A stretch of 64,000 nucleotides of DNA, from the IMG/VR virus record IMGVR_UViG_3300032214_000715, positions 62,001 to 126,000 of that record; one strand, 5' to 3'. Shown here piece after piece: positions 25,576 through 35,783 of the stretch (positions are counted from its first letter, which is position 1; each line of letters opens with the position of its first letter). The position numbers were made by a program, and so were the translations under genes. The notes under the pieces were generated by a model that had not been told where the DNA came from, did not search any database, and saw nothing but the letters and a program-made list of their open reading frames with translations.

Positions 25576-25799
25576 GTTACTATCTTTATTTAGTCTCTAT
25601 TATAGGCGCAATAATTTTTTTGTCAAACACTGTGTTGTCCGAAACTGCTTTAGTGTCATGATCGTCAATAAAGACGGCTCCGATATTGTTGACACAATTT
25701 GTTCCATTCATTAATTACGCGTTCGTTTATCGTACATGAGATTTCCCAATTACTCATTTTTAATCCTTTCAGTTGATAAATATATTTAAGGAGAATAGT

Positions 25800-25913
25800 A
25801 TGTTAGAAACATTATTATATCTATTGATTGGCGCATTCATTGGTTGGAATATTCCTCAACCAGAATTTGCTAAAAATTTACAAGCAAAAGTTATAGCATT
25901 ATTCAAAAAATAA
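25800..25913 (+). CDS. Small membrane protein (37 aa)
   Basis: MLETLLYLLIGAFIGWNIPQP...; ATAAATA and AAGGAG RBS. Confidence 0.65.
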   Translation: MLETLLYLLIGAFIGWNIPQPEFAKNLQAKVIALFKK

Positions 25914-26104
25914 CACACTCAACATTAAGTGTGTATATTAAAGAGCACTAGTTAATGCTCTTTAATATAGTATGCCCGTCGCATACATGTCTATTGAACT
26001 GCGTAGTTATAAATAACCAACACGGTTCTCCAGAACCCCCCGTTTTAATTAAGCAGATTAAGGCTGCCGACGCCCGGGTACGCCACACACTTTACTACAT
26101 AAAC

Positions 26105-26135
26105 AAAAAACCCTAGAATTTTTGGTTCTAGGGTT
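26105..26135 (-). terminator. Intrinsic terminator of putative attenuator
   Basis: AACCCTAGAA-CCAAAAA-TTCTAGGGTT-TTTT. Confidence 0.8.
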
Positions 26136-26176
26136 CAAGTATTTGTGTAGTATTATCTAGTTCTATACTTGAACCC
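26131..26176 (-). promoter_or_regulatory. Antiterminator helix (12 bp), mutually exclusive with the terminator
   Basis: GGGTTCAAGTAT (26176-26165) pairs with ATACTTGAACCC (26142-26131). Confidence 0.7.
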
Positions 26177-26270
26177 CTGTTAGACCATCATTATAGGCAC
26201 GGCTAAAGCAGGGCATTGACCATAATGTCTGCTCTGCTTTATGTACAATAATGACTCTGAGTGAATTCAT
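26163..26270 (-). CDS. Putative leader peptide containing all 20 amino acids (35 aa)
   Basis: MNSLRVIIVHKAEQTLWSMPCFSRAYNDGLTGVQV; AAGAG RBS; ATAAATA at about 26291-26297. Confidence 0.7.
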   Translation of the reverse strand: MNSLRVIIVHKAEQTLWSMPCFSRAYNDGLTGVQV

Positions 26271-26403
26271 AGTATTTCTCTTTTGTAGTATATTTATCAG
26301 AACTTATTAAACTCGCTAGAAAATCGCAAAATTTTGATGTTTTTGTTTTTTGCTAGTGTTGTTGATTAACAGTTCACTAACTTTATTTAGTGTTAATAAA
26401 AAA

Positions 26404-26988
26404 TTACTGCTTATTATCGCGTTTTTTTGAATAAAAAGTGTGATTGCCTACTGTCATAACTGGATCGTAATTCCATTTTGGTTTTACGGTATGATTATGA
26501 AAGAACAATACATTTGTTGGCACAATATCACTCCAGGCGTTTTCTGTTAATACTTTACGCGCTATATCTTCTGCTTGACTATATTTGACATTTTTAACGG
26601 GAGTTTCTTTTCCTTCGCATACCCAACTAAATTGACAAGTTACTCGTTCTTGTTCATCAATGATTACTGAGTTTTTAGCGTAAATTACAGCACATGGATT
26701 TTTTTCGAATCCGTGTTTAATACGATTCATTACTACACGAGCAACCAGTACTTGACCCATAAATGGTTCAGAACCAGCTTCGTGATATATATTAGTTGCC
26801 ATACATCTTAGATATTCTTTATTTAACACCGTTATATTATGCTTGCCGCTGGGTGAAGTAGCATAATGCTGTTCGTGTATTAGCTTATTGTTGTATTTAA
26901 TTCCAATATTGAATGCCACTAGTGCCACCATCACTAGCAAAATTAAATAAAAAAGATAAGTCACTATCTTAGAGATAGAATTTTTCAT
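26404..26988 (-). CDS. SleB/CwlJ-like cell wall hydrolase with N-terminal TM segment
   Basis: CMATNIYHEA, VVMNR, CQFSW and GNHTFY motifs. Confidence 0.9.
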   Translation of the reverse strand: MKNSISKIVTYLFYLILLVMVALVAFNIGIKYNNKLIHEQHYATSPSGKHNITVLNKEYLRCMATNIYHEAGSEPFMGQVLVARVVMNRIKHGFEKNPCAVIYAKNSVIIDEQERVTCQFSWVCEGKETPVKNVKYSQAEDIARKVLTENAWSDIVPTNVLFFHNHTVKPKWNYDPVMTVGNHTFYSKKRDNKQ

Positions 26989-26999
26989 AGTAAAACTCC

Positions 27000-29918
27000 T
27001 TAGTTATTCCAGCAGTCGCAATTACATTGCGTAACGTTTTCTATTGCTTCTTCTACAGTGTAACTACTGTCGTCAGTGGTGACTAAGTGATCGGGAACTG
27101 GATCGTTTCCAGTCCACGGCGACCCGGCAAAACTTCCAGGAACTGTGGTGTCTCCTAATCTAGCTGATACAGGGGGTGGATCAATAATAACTGGAATACA
27201 TCCATTAGCAGTACTGTAACCACCTCCACCGTTAACTACGTTAATCTTAGTTACTCTGCTCCCTTCAACCACTGCCTCTGCTATTGCCCCACTTCCAGCG
27301 CCACCAAAAACTCCACCATATGGTCCTATTCTTACTGCGGGTGGTTGTTGATCACTATACCCACTACCGGCTGAAGTTACTGTAATTGATGATATTCCAC
27401 CTGATTCATTAAGTTGACAGGCCTCGGCAGTAGCATTATTTAAGTTTAGACTATCTGGTATATCATTATCTAACTCTCCGCCCACATTTAGTATGCGATT
27501 TGCGTTGCGAGTTTCTCGCATCATAGCTACTAATGACTGACCGCCAAGCGTTGAGGTATCTGCTATTGCTTCCAGTACACTGACCGCTTCTCCGTATTCT
27601 GTTTGAGTTGCGTAATCATACACTGACTTGACAAAAGTTTCAAACTCAGTACCATCTATAGTTCCAAATACTTCATCATTATTAGGTATAGCGATTGCTA
27701 GTGCTCTCTGCTCAGCAGATAGTTGTTCACCTATTTTATTCCAGTAGTAATTTAACTTATCAATTGTATCAACGTTTAACGTGCTTATTTTTAGAATTTC
27801 TAAATTGGCAGCATCTATTAAATTCTGTACACTAATTTCGTATTCTGTTTCTTCTACGTAGACTAAGGAAGAATTGTTTATTTTTTCAGTGAGTTGAGTT
27901 GTAAGTGTAACTACGGTATTCAGCCCATCAAAATTGGTATTCAATACAGTATATGCGTTGTACCCATTAAAATTGAATGAAATTTTTGTTCCGTTGGGCA
28001 AAATTTGTCTAAGATCGTGTTTCAATAGAATTGAATTTTCACCTGCTTCGTGTGTGTTTACTGTAGAAAATAGAGTGTACGTATATTTTGAGTCCCACTG
28101 AGTGGATGGATTAATTACTGTGTCCAAGTATCCGCGACCACGACTAATGAGAGCCCAACCATTATTCAATGATTTTTGATAAATTTTCTCGTATACATTC
28201 TTTAACGATTCTGTACTAACTGCTTTCAACGACTCTATTATTTTTTGATAGTAATCTTCATATGGAACTGCGCTAACAGCTCCAAAAAAATCAGTTTGCT
28301 TGTATGTTCCATTACTTCCGCTACCAAGAGCTATTTTTGACAAATTTTCATTGACGTCACTGATGTTAACAGTACTTCCGTCCGCGCTGTTTATTAATGG
28401 CAAAGCTTTGTCTACTACTTCTAGATTTGCTATTGTTTGTGCCAGCTTTTCTGTATTCATTAGCCGAATGTTTTTTATTTGATTCATAGTCATCATAAAT
28501 GCTCCACAAGCTAATGACAAATCGTCGGCTACTATTCCAGATAGATATTCTCCCCAATTTTGTATTCTAGTGTTTACACTATCTTCTATGTAAATAAAAT
28601 CATAAATCTTACTTGTTCCCGGATTATTGATGTCATATTTTGGTATAGTAAGAGTTTTATAGCTAGTGGGGAACATTTTTTTAGGATTCATTAAATCAAC
28701 TAGCGAAGTTAAATTTTCGGTAGTACAATTTAAAATTAGCTTCACGGCGTTCAAATCGTTGCCGCGTATTAAATCCAACGCAGTCCATATTTTCTTTTCT
28801 TGATCCACAGTTGGAGTGTATGACGCTCCAAATATTTTATCAAGTTCTATTGTTGTTAGATCCGTGTATAGCAATGCCAACTTGATACTGTCTGTTATGG
28901 CTTTGTTTGATTGAAGATTTAACAAAAACTTACTTGGAAGACCAAATTTGTGAATGTTTGACATATCCAGAGATTTGCCTAGTCTTATCATGTCGTTTCC
29001 AAACAACTTGAACGACAGTGTAACTCCTGCTATATCACTGGTAGTCAAGTCATTCATATTGCTATAGTTGCCTCTTAAAAAACTCTTGCTGTTCACGAGC
29101 GAGGAAATGCTACTATTTTTAGACTGTTTCCATATATGAGTTTGCTGAAAGCTTTTTACTATTTCAGCATATTGATTAATTCTTCTAGCAGTATGATCCG
29201 ACCACAGTTCGTAGTAGGCTTGTCTAGCTATCGTGGCTATAAACCCATTCTTAAAATATTCATCGTACTCTATTAAATTTTGATCACGCTGTCTTATGTC
29301 CGGGCGTGGGAAATAAGCAATGCTATAACTATCTAGCTCTTTTTGAAACGTATTTCTAGCAGGCCATCCAGTTATCCATCCATATGGATGATTCCATTGA
29401 TGTTCATGTTGATATGATCCTGCCTCCGTAGAGCCCCACAAATTGTAGACGTAGCTATGTTTGCCGCTTGATGGATATCCAACTGGAGGATACGTATCAT
29501 TTACAATATTTAATGTGTTGGATACTACTGTAGTATTTCCAAATTCATCCACGACTTTGTAATCCCAAGTTCCATATCCAGCATAGGTTGTCTTGAACGA
29601 GTCGGGTCTACAGTTTCCAAGAGCGGGACAATTTATTCTATCGTCGGATTGAATGTTAATTGGTCTACCAATTTTAATAAGATTTCTGTATAAATTTACA
29701 CTTGTGATTTGATTGCTGGCTAACTCATAGAAATTTTTTATTGCTAGAGTTATCTTATTAAGTACAGTCTGAGTTACTATCTCGCCCTGTATATATGATG
29801 ATGGAGCCCAAGTGCCCTGAAATTTTTTAGCAGACAGTGCTAGTGAAAATACACTATTTTTTTCTAATTGTGTAAGTACATTTATACCAAGAGGGGTTAG
29901 TTTTCCGCTATAACTCAT
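27000..29918 (-). CDS. Large hypothetical, probably structural protein
   Basis: 972 aa; GSGY/GGGY beta repeats near the C-terminus; follows PAAR gene. Confidence 0.7.
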   Translation of the reverse strand: MSYSGKLTPLGINVLTQLEKNSVFSLALSAKKFQGTWAPSSYIQGEIVTQTVLNKITLAIKNFYELASNQITSVNLYRNLIKIGRPINIQSDDRINCPALGNCRPDSFKTTYAGYGTWDYKVVDEFGNTTVVSNTLNIVNDTYPPVGYPSSGKHSYVYNLWGSTEAGSYQHEHQWNHPYGWITGWPARNTFQKELDSYSIAYFPRPDIRQRDQNLIEYDEYFKNGFIATIARQAYYELWSDHTARRINQYAEIVKSFQQTHIWKQSKNSSISSLVNSKSFLRGNYSNMNDLTTSDIAGVTLSFKLFGNDMIRLGKSLDMSNIHKFGLPSKFLLNLQSNKAITDSIKLALLYTDLTTIELDKIFGASYTPTVDQEKKIWTALDLIRGNDLNAVKLILNCTTENLTSLVDLMNPKKMFPTSYKTLTIPKYDINNPGTSKIYDFIYIEDSVNTRIQNWGEYLSGIVADDLSLACGAFMMTMNQIKNIRLMNTEKLAQTIANLEVVDKALPLINSADGSTVNISDVNENLSKIALGSGSNGTYKQTDFFGAVSAVPYEDYYQKIIESLKAVSTESLKNVYEKIYQKSLNNGWALISRGRGYLDTVINPSTQWDSKYTYTLFSTVNTHEAGENSILLKHDLRQILPNGTKISFNFNGYNAYTVLNTNFDGLNTVVTLTTQLTEKINNSSLVYVEETEYEISVQNLIDAANLEILKISTLNVDTIDKLNYYWNKIGEQLSAEQRALAIAIPNNDEVFGTIDGTEFETFVKSVYDYATQTEYGEAVSVLEAIADTSTLGGQSLVAMMRETRNANRILNVGGELDNDIPDSLNLNNATAEACQLNESGGISSITVTSAGSGYSDQQPPAVRIGPYGGVFGGAGSGAIAEAVVEGSRVTKINVVNGGGGYSTANGCIPVIIDPPPVSARLGDTTVPGSFAGSPWTGNDPVPDHLVTTDDSSYTVEEAIENVTQCNCDCWNN

Positions 29919-30193
29919 GATACTATTACGTCTTCGCTACCTTCTACTATACTGTGTCCGCAACTATTACCACTGGTAACACGAAGAACTTTCGCGCCCT
30001 CGCAAATAACGTCTTCACTGGCGCTAGTAGTAACCGCTCTTTTATGTTTACTTTTTCTAGAGGGTCTATGAGCAGATATAGGACTAACGTGTAAACCCAC
30101 TGGCTTTCCGTTGCAGACTACTTCGCTAGCGCCTCGCTCTATAGCGCCGCCCTCTTGATTTTTATCGCCCTTTCTGCTCAGTTTATTACCCAT
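29915..30193 (-). CDS. PAAR-like spike tip protein
   Basis: RKGD, H...H, SCGHSIVEGSEDV. Confidence 0.75.
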   Translation of the reverse strand: MGNKLSRKGDKNQEGGAIERGASEVVCNGKPVGLHVSPISAHRPSRKSKHKRAVTTSASEDVICEGAKVLRVTSGNSCGHSIVEGSEDVIVS

Positions 30194-30194
30194 C

Positions 30195-30497
30195 TTATCC
30201 CATAATAATTTTTTTACTAGTTGTTGCTATACCAGTGGTAGCCTCAATATACTTCATACGTACTTGATCAGCAGTAACACAATACATAGTGACACTATTA
30301 GTATTTAGCACTACGTTTTTGTCTTGTTCGGCCGTAAACATACTGGGAATTAATCCCATACCTTGATGATTAGGTGCTACGCTTAGTGGCTCAGCAAGCT
30401 CAATATAATGATCATCTATTGCCACTACTTTGCCAATGACTTCTTCGCCAGAATTTAGCTTGAAGGTCACAACCTCGTTTAATTCAACGTTCTTCAT
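30195..30497 (-). CDS. Hypothetical Sm-like protein
   Basis: KLNSGEEVIG. Confidence 0.7.
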   Translation of the reverse strand: MKNVELNEVVTFKLNSGEEVIGKVVAIDDHYIELAEPLSVAPNHQGMGLIPSMFTAEQDKNVVLNTNSVTMYCVTADQVRMKYIEATTGIATTSKKIIMG

Positions 30498-30715
30498 TGT
30501 AATCTTTCTTTTAATTCATTAAACCCACCGATACAAGTCTCACCAAAAAATATCTGTGGCACTGATCTTGCTGTTGGTGCTGATTCTAATAATTGTTCTT
30601 TAGTCCATCCATCGCCGATCTTGCGCTCTTCAAACTCTACTCCCTTAAGTTTGAGTAAATTTTTTGCTGATTCACAATTTGGACAGTTATCTTTGCTCCA
30701 TACTATTACATTCAT
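30494..30715 (-). CDS. Glutaredoxin
   Basis: CPNC, SVPQIF and IGGF motifs. Confidence 0.92.
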   Translation of the reverse strand: MNVIVWSKDNCPNCESAKNLLKLKGVEFEERKIGDGWTKEQLLESAPTARSVPQIFFGETCIGGFNELKERLQ

Positions 30716-30717
30716 AA

Positions 30718-31065
30718 TTACTCCTTTACTGGAAATTTCATTAGTTTCTTCTCTACCCTAAATCCGCTGAGTGCTTGTAAGTCTTCTTCAGTTGTCTTAG
30801 TACTAATTGCTATCTGACCATATGGATCCGCTGCCCAGTCCATTTCTTCTGTTGTCATCAGTGGTTGGTCGTTCTCTTTCAACATAGCATTGATGTTGTT
30901 TATGATAGTGCGTTGTGCCTCGGTATATTTACTCAAAGGATCTGACTCAACGGTCAGAGTCTTTTTATATACTATTTTAGTACCATCTTCATTCTTCACT
31001 ACTATTGATAACGTTGGCTCAAAAGTATCTGGCTTAAGTGCATGTTGTAATAGTATCTTTCTCAT
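30718..31065 (-). CDS. Hypothetical protein
   Basis: AGGAG RBS. Confidence 0.7.
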   Translation of the reverse strand: MRKILLQHALKPDTFEPTLSIVVKNEDGTKIVYKKTLTVESDPLSKYTEAQRTIINNINAMLKENDQPLMTTEEMDWAADPYGQIAISTKTTEEDLQALSGFRVEKKLMKFPVKE

Positions 31066-31091
31066 TCTGCTCTCCTTGTATGTACTTATGA

Positions 31092-32192
31092 TTATAAGTC
31101 AGGTAGCAAAACTTTATCAACAGTATCGGACATTACACCTATAATATAATTTGTGGATTCTGTTTCTTGTAGTGCTGCTTGCTTCTTGTTGATGTTGATA
31201 TGCTTTGTAAACCAAGGTATCGGAGTACTCTTGGGATGAGAGCCTTGATACTTGATACCAATATCCTTCAAGCGATTGAAGGCCGTCCAATCTACAAAGT
31301 CTTTAAGAATCTCAGCATTTAGACCAATAACTGGGCCCTTCTTGAACAGATAATCAGCCCACGCCTTTTCTTCTGCAATTACTTCTTCGTATAGTTGATA
31401 TACTTCTTGCTCACAAACAAGTGCCACTCTAGCAAAACGTGGATCATCTTTTACTACTTGATTGATGATCCAAGCAGTCCATTCTGTGTGTAATAGTTCA
31501 TCTTGTAGAATTAGACTAATGATGTTGCCATTGCCGATGTAGATTTTGTTTTCTACCATAGCAAGACTGGTGGCAAAACTTACCATGAAGCGAAATGCTT
31601 CTAGTGCGTAGCTGGCATGTAATGCCATCCATATTGCCATAATGTGCTTGTCTTCGTTCACCTCATATCCCAATTCTTTATTACAATTGAGTTGATGTAA
31701 TTGCTCGTAGTATCTACCAACACTACTAGCCATGTCAATGATTTCTTGCGTGTCATGAATGGTATTGAAAACATCTTTTGGTACACCATAAATGTTACGA
31801 ATGATGTGACTATAACTCTTACTGTGAATATTGGTTTCAAAAAATGACCAGTTATTAACCAGTGCCTCTAACTCTGGAATGCTAATTACTGGATTGAATA
31901 CTTGCGCTGGAGCGCGACCTTGAATACTGTCTAGTGCTGTTTGACGTAGTAAGTTACTAGTAAAAATATGTTTGATAGCTTCACTAGAGTCTTTATGATC
32001 AATTTTGTCTTTAGTCAGTGATACTTCTTCTGGGACCCAAAAAAATCCCCTTGCCGTATCTTCAAATTTTTGAATTTTTGGATACTTAACCTCTTCAAAT
32101 CTTTGAACGGTTACTGGCCCAGCTGGATCCAGAAACATTGTACGATTTAGATAGTTTGTTTTTGTTGATAGATTATATTGTAAGTTACTCAT
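31092..32192 (-). CDS. nrdB: Ribonucleotide reductase class Ia beta subunit
   Basis: FFWVPEE, ETNIHSKSY, LEAFRF and DELLH motifs. Confidence 0.95.
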   Translation of the reverse strand: MSNLQYNLSTKTNYLNRTMFLDPAGPVTVQRFEEVKYPKIQKFEDTARGFFWVPEEVSLTKDKIDHKDSSEAIKHIFTSNLLRQTALDSIQGRAPAQVFNPVISIPELEALVNNWSFFETNIHSKSYSHIIRNIYGVPKDVFNTIHDTQEIIDMASSVGRYYEQLHQLNCNKELGYEVNEDKHIMAIWMALHASYALEAFRFMVSFATSLAMVENKIYIGNGNIISLILQDELLHTEWTAWIINQVVKDDPRFARVALVCEQEVYQLYEEVIAEEKAWADYLFKKGPVIGLNAEILKDFVDWTAFNRLKDIGIKYQGSHPKSTPIPWFTKHININKKQAALQETESTNYIIGVMSDTVDKVLLPDL

Positions 32193-32201
32193 ATGTTTCC
32201 C

Positions 32202-32807
32202 TCATAATTTCTTACTTGCTAACACGATCTGACAAATATGTTCCAAACGTTCCACATGTTCAAAAGCACGCCACGGACTAGTATCAACCGCAACCACTCC
32301 ATGACGATCAATCCCTACAATATGATTGTCTACAAACCCATTACTCTTCAAGCCCAACGCAGGTATAGTAGCATCTGCTAATTTCTGACTGATGGGCGGA
32401 ACGTCTGTAACATTTGAGCCTACCCTTGTATATCTGCCCAATTCTGGGAATTCTTTAACCAATTCATTTAACTTTATACCAGCGTACATAGCAGCCACTG
32501 TGTAGGTGGGATGTAGATGTAATACTATTCTGACCTCTGTGTCAGTGTGCTTTTGAAGCCCGTAATGTAATGGAATTTCTCCTGACGGTTTTAACGCACT
32601 ACTTAGATCAGTGTAGGGTAGTGCTCTATTTTCGGATATACTCCATTTTATAAACATTTCTGGCTGTAGCGTTTGCTTTCTAATACCACTTGGCGTGATG
32701 TACATATGATCACGATCATGCCAACGAATGCTGGCATTGCCATCTCTGGCAGTAATCCAGTTTCGCTTATATGCTTCTACAAATATTTCGCTAATAGTTT
32801 CTAACAT
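32202..32807 (-). CDS. Class II aldolase/adducin family protein
   Basis: DGNAS, ITPSG, PSGEIPLH, HLH and HG motifs. Confidence 0.88.
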   Translation of the reverse strand: MLETISEIFVEAYKRNWITARDGNASIRWHDRDHMYITPSGIRKQTLQPEMFIKWSISENRALPYTDLSSALKPSGEIPLHYGLQKHTDTEVRIVLHLHPTYTVAAMYAGIKLNELVKEFPELGRYTRVGSNVTDVPPISQKLADATIPALGLKSNGFVDNHIVGIDRHGVVAVDTSPWRAFEHVERLEHICQIVLASKKL

Positions 32808-32816
32808 AATTCTTTC

Positions 32817-34652
32817 TTAAAGTTTGCATGCGATGCAATCCGCATCTTCCTCTTCAACCGGAGGAGTAAATTGTATGACATTCTCTGTCTTGTCTGCCAG
32901 AGCGGCTTTTGCGCCCATCTTGTTGATCAAGCTGTAGTACAGACTCTTACCGCCCCAATGATTGTACAACATTAAGTTCTTAGCAATCAAGGTAGCTGGT
33001 ATCTTGCCGCCTTCAAAATGAGCCGGATTATAGAATGTGTTTGTACTGATACTTTGATCCACGTATGCTGCCAATACTGCTGCTGTTTTTAGATAGTCTA
33101 CACAATCGGTTTGGTCCCACATTAGTTGATAGCGATTCTTTAGACGCTTATAGTCAGGCACTACTTGAACAAATGACCCCGCTTTACTTTCTTTGACACT
33201 GATCAATTCCATTGGCAACTCAATCCCGTTAGTACTGTTCAACACTACTGAACTACTTTCTACCGGAGCGATAGCCATTAATGTGGCGTTACGAATGCCA
33301 CTCTTGAGTAGTCGTGCGCGTAGTGATTCCCAATCTAGCGATGGTGTGAAGTCTGTCAACTCATTGACACCCACTGCGCGGCGCTCCCATGGGAATACAC
33401 CCTTACCATACCACGTATGTTCACTGCGACCACAACTGCCACGTTCCTCCGCCAGTTCAATGCTGGCCTCAGTGAGATAATATGCTTGATGCTCCATCCA
33501 ACGCTTGACTTCAGCAAGTGCTTCTGGTGAACCATACTTCAGACCCCGCTTGGCATGCCAGTATGCTAGATTAGTAATTCCTATGCCTAGCGGTTCAAAA
33601 TCACTGTTAGCTAGTTTACTCTGTACACTCAGGAAATCTTGATAACTCAGTAGACTGCTCAGACTACGAACCAGTGTGCGACAACTCTTACGCATGTCTT
33701 GTGGATTACGGAACGCGCCCCAGTTCTGGCTGCCCAGTGTACATAACGAGATACGCCCATTTTCATCTTCTAGTCTCTGAAATGGTTTTGTTGGAAGAAG
33801 AATCTCAGCACATAGATTTGACATATAAATTGGATCAACCTCTGTGTCAAATGATCCTTGATTGATAACATTGTCAATGTTGACCATATAGATACGACCA
33901 GTGTCTGTGCGCTCTTTTAGTATTCCGTTCTTGAAGATTTCTTCTGCTGATAACACTTTACGTTTCTTTGTAGCATCAGCCTCATACTTAACATAGAGTT
34001 CTTCAAATCGCTGTGTGTTACGATAGTATGCTTCGTACAGGTCTGGCACCTCATGCGGATCAAATAGGGTAATGTTTTCACTGTTCTTATATCTGCGCCA
34101 GAATAACTTGCTAACTACAACACCATAGTCTAACTGTCGGACACGCGTTTCTTCTGTGCCTTGGTTGTTCTTGAGTACAATAAAGTCTTCGAACTGGTAG
34201 TGCCAAATAGGTAGATACACAGTGCAGCTAGCATTCCGAATGCCGCCCTGGCTATTGTGCGTCAATACCATAGGACCATTTTCACAATCGGATGCGAAAA
34301 AAGTATGCTCATCTTCTACTGTTATATCTATATAATTAGTAGAATTTTTTTGGCCCACATCACATGCAAGCAATCTTGTAAAACCATGCTCAGTCAAAAT
34401 TCTATCATTAATAGTCAACTCTTTTGGCTTCTTTTGAGAAAAACCATTTTCCCATACCATAAAAGGATGATTTGTCGAACAATTAATTACCGTACCATTT
34501 TCCAATTCAACCCTCACCTGGTCATGTTCTGGAACAATAGTATTCCATTTATCAGTTACTGTTTTAAAAACGATGTTTCTATTTTCGTCCAGTGTTTTGA
34601 TTTTCATGCCTACTTGGAGGTCTTTTATTTGAATTTTTTTAGTAATCGCCAT
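32817..34652 (-). CDS. nrdA: NrdA C-terminal fragment fused to the C-part of a split intein
   Basis: 133-aa IntC ending THN, then SQGGIR; SNLCAE, LCTL and C-terminal CIAC. Confidence 0.92.
   Translation of the reverse strand: MAITKKIQIKDLQVGMKIKTLDENRNIVFKTVTDKWNTIVPEHDQVRVELENGTVINCSTNHPFMVWENGFSQKKPKELTINDRILTEHGFTRLLACDVGQKNSTNYIDITVEDEHTFFASDCENGPMVLTHNSQGGIRNASCTVYLPIWHYQFEDFIVLKNNQGTEETRVRQLDYGVVVSKLFWRRYKNSENITLFDPHEVPDLYEAYYRNTQRFEELYVKYEADATKKRKVLSAEEIFKNGILKERTDTGRIYMVNIDNVINQGSFDTEVDPIYMSNLCAEILLPTKPFQRLEDENGRISLCTLGSQNWGAFRNPQDMRKSCRTLVRSLSSLLSYQDFLSVQSKLANSDFEPLGIGITNLAYWHAKRGLKYGSPEALAEVKRWMEHQAYYLTEASIELAEERGSCGRSEHTWYGKGVFPWERRAVGVNELTDFTPSLDWESLRARLLKSGIRNATLMAIAPVESSSVVLNSTNGIELPMELISVKESKAGSFVQVVPDYKRLKNRYQLMWDQTDCVDYLKTAAVLAAYVDQSISTNTFYNPAHFEGGKIPATLIAKNLMLYNHWGGKSLYYSLINKMGAKAALADKTENVIQFTPPVEEEDADCIACKL
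34254..34652 (-). mobile_element. Split intein C-fragment (133 aa)
   Basis: IKDLQVG, CSTNHPF, YIDITV...HTFF and THN/S. Confidence 0.9.
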
Positions 34653-35739
34653 TTTGATGTTGTTCCTTTGTTATCACTTTAATGTCTGGAAATTTTTTTG
34701 ACATATCATGTTGCTTTGCTTTTAATACTGTTTTGCCATTTCTGGTTTTTCTATAATAGATATCCAATAAGTTCTTTGATTTAAAGAATAAATCATCAAC
34801 TATGTAGAAACACTTGGTGGATAAGTTTGCGTAACTTTCGCTATTGGCATAATACTCTTCTGATGAAATTTGCATATTTTTTCTGTGTAGTAATGAATAT
34901 ACCGCAATTCGCTCTTCATTGGGATGTTTGTAAATCGTTGAATCATACTCATCTTTGGATATCATCCGCTTTTCGCCTGTTCTTCTATCAATGGCTTTAA
35001 ATTCACCATGTGTTACTCCCACGTACTCGCTGTCCTCTTTGTAAAATTCTGAAGCATCAACTATAGAAATTTCGCCAGTCTTTTTATTCTTGGCCGAAAC
35101 TTTGCCCGTAGTAATACCAATATATCTCTCGTTTGAATAGAACTCGTCTTTTGGTATTCTTTTGGATTTCCCGGTTATGCTATCAATGCACATCACATAA
35201 TCTTTGAATTCAGTGGTGTGAAGCATGGGATCATAGTCAACGACTTTAATTTTTTTAATTTCTCCTGACTCGGTTCTTATGTTCATCATACCGCTTGATA
35301 TATGTTTGTGATTTCCAGTTGAATATTCTTCAACCGAAACTCTATAAATTGTACCATCATCCGATCTACATAAAGTAGAACCAGCTCCGCAGTTAGTACC
35401 GCCAGCATTTATCACATTGTAAAATAATGGGTTTTTGCCAACATTAAATTTTTCGTGATACGCCTTTTCTGCATCAAAAGCGTCTGCTCTCGTAGAGAAG
35501 TATTCTACATAAATTTTAAATAATTCTGGATTGGTTTTCATTCGATCAACAAAATCAACAACAGTTGAACTAGAAAAATATCTAGAAAGTAAATCATGGG
35601 CATTAGTGCCCTCAACGCCCCTAGATCCAGAATAATATTTACCGTGTATTGTATCATACACTGTATAACAATAATAAATCGAATTTAGCAACATGTTTGT
35701 TTTTTGTCCGCCGTATGTTTCATATAGATATTTTGTCAT
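34639..35739 (-). CDS. Free-standing GIY-YIG-like homing endonuclease between the nrdA halves
   Basis: YCYTV...YYSGSR, YFSSS, E, FYN and repeated C-terminal modules; start at MTKY after the GAGGGAG RBS. Confidence 0.75.
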   Translation of the reverse strand: MTKYLYETYGGQKTNMLLNSIYYCYTVYDTIHGKYYSGSRGVEGTNAHDLLSRYFSSSTVVDFVDRMKTNPELFKIYVEYFSTRADAFDAEKAYHEKFNVGKNPLFYNVINAGGTNCGAGSTLCRSDDGTIYRVSVEEYSTGNHKHISSGMMNIRTESGEIKKIKVVDYDPMLHTTEFKDYVMCIDSITGKSKRIPKDEFYSNERYIGITTGKVSAKNKKTGEISIVDASEFYKEDSEYVGVTHGEFKAIDRRTGEKRMISKDEYDSTIYKHPNEERIAVYSLLHRKNMQISSEEYYANSESYANLSTKCFYIVDDLFFKSKNLLDIYYRKTRNGKTVLKAKQHDMSKKFPDIKVITKEQHQNGDY

Positions 35740-35778
35740 TTCGTACTCCCTCATAGTTATTTATGAAGGGGTACGAAA
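35739..35778 (-). promoter_or_regulatory. RBS-sequestering hairpin containing a late-promoter-like ATAAATA
   Basis: TTTCGTACCCCTTCATA-AATAAC-TATGAGGGAGTACGAAA. Confidence 0.7.
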
Positions 35779-35783
35779 AACAC

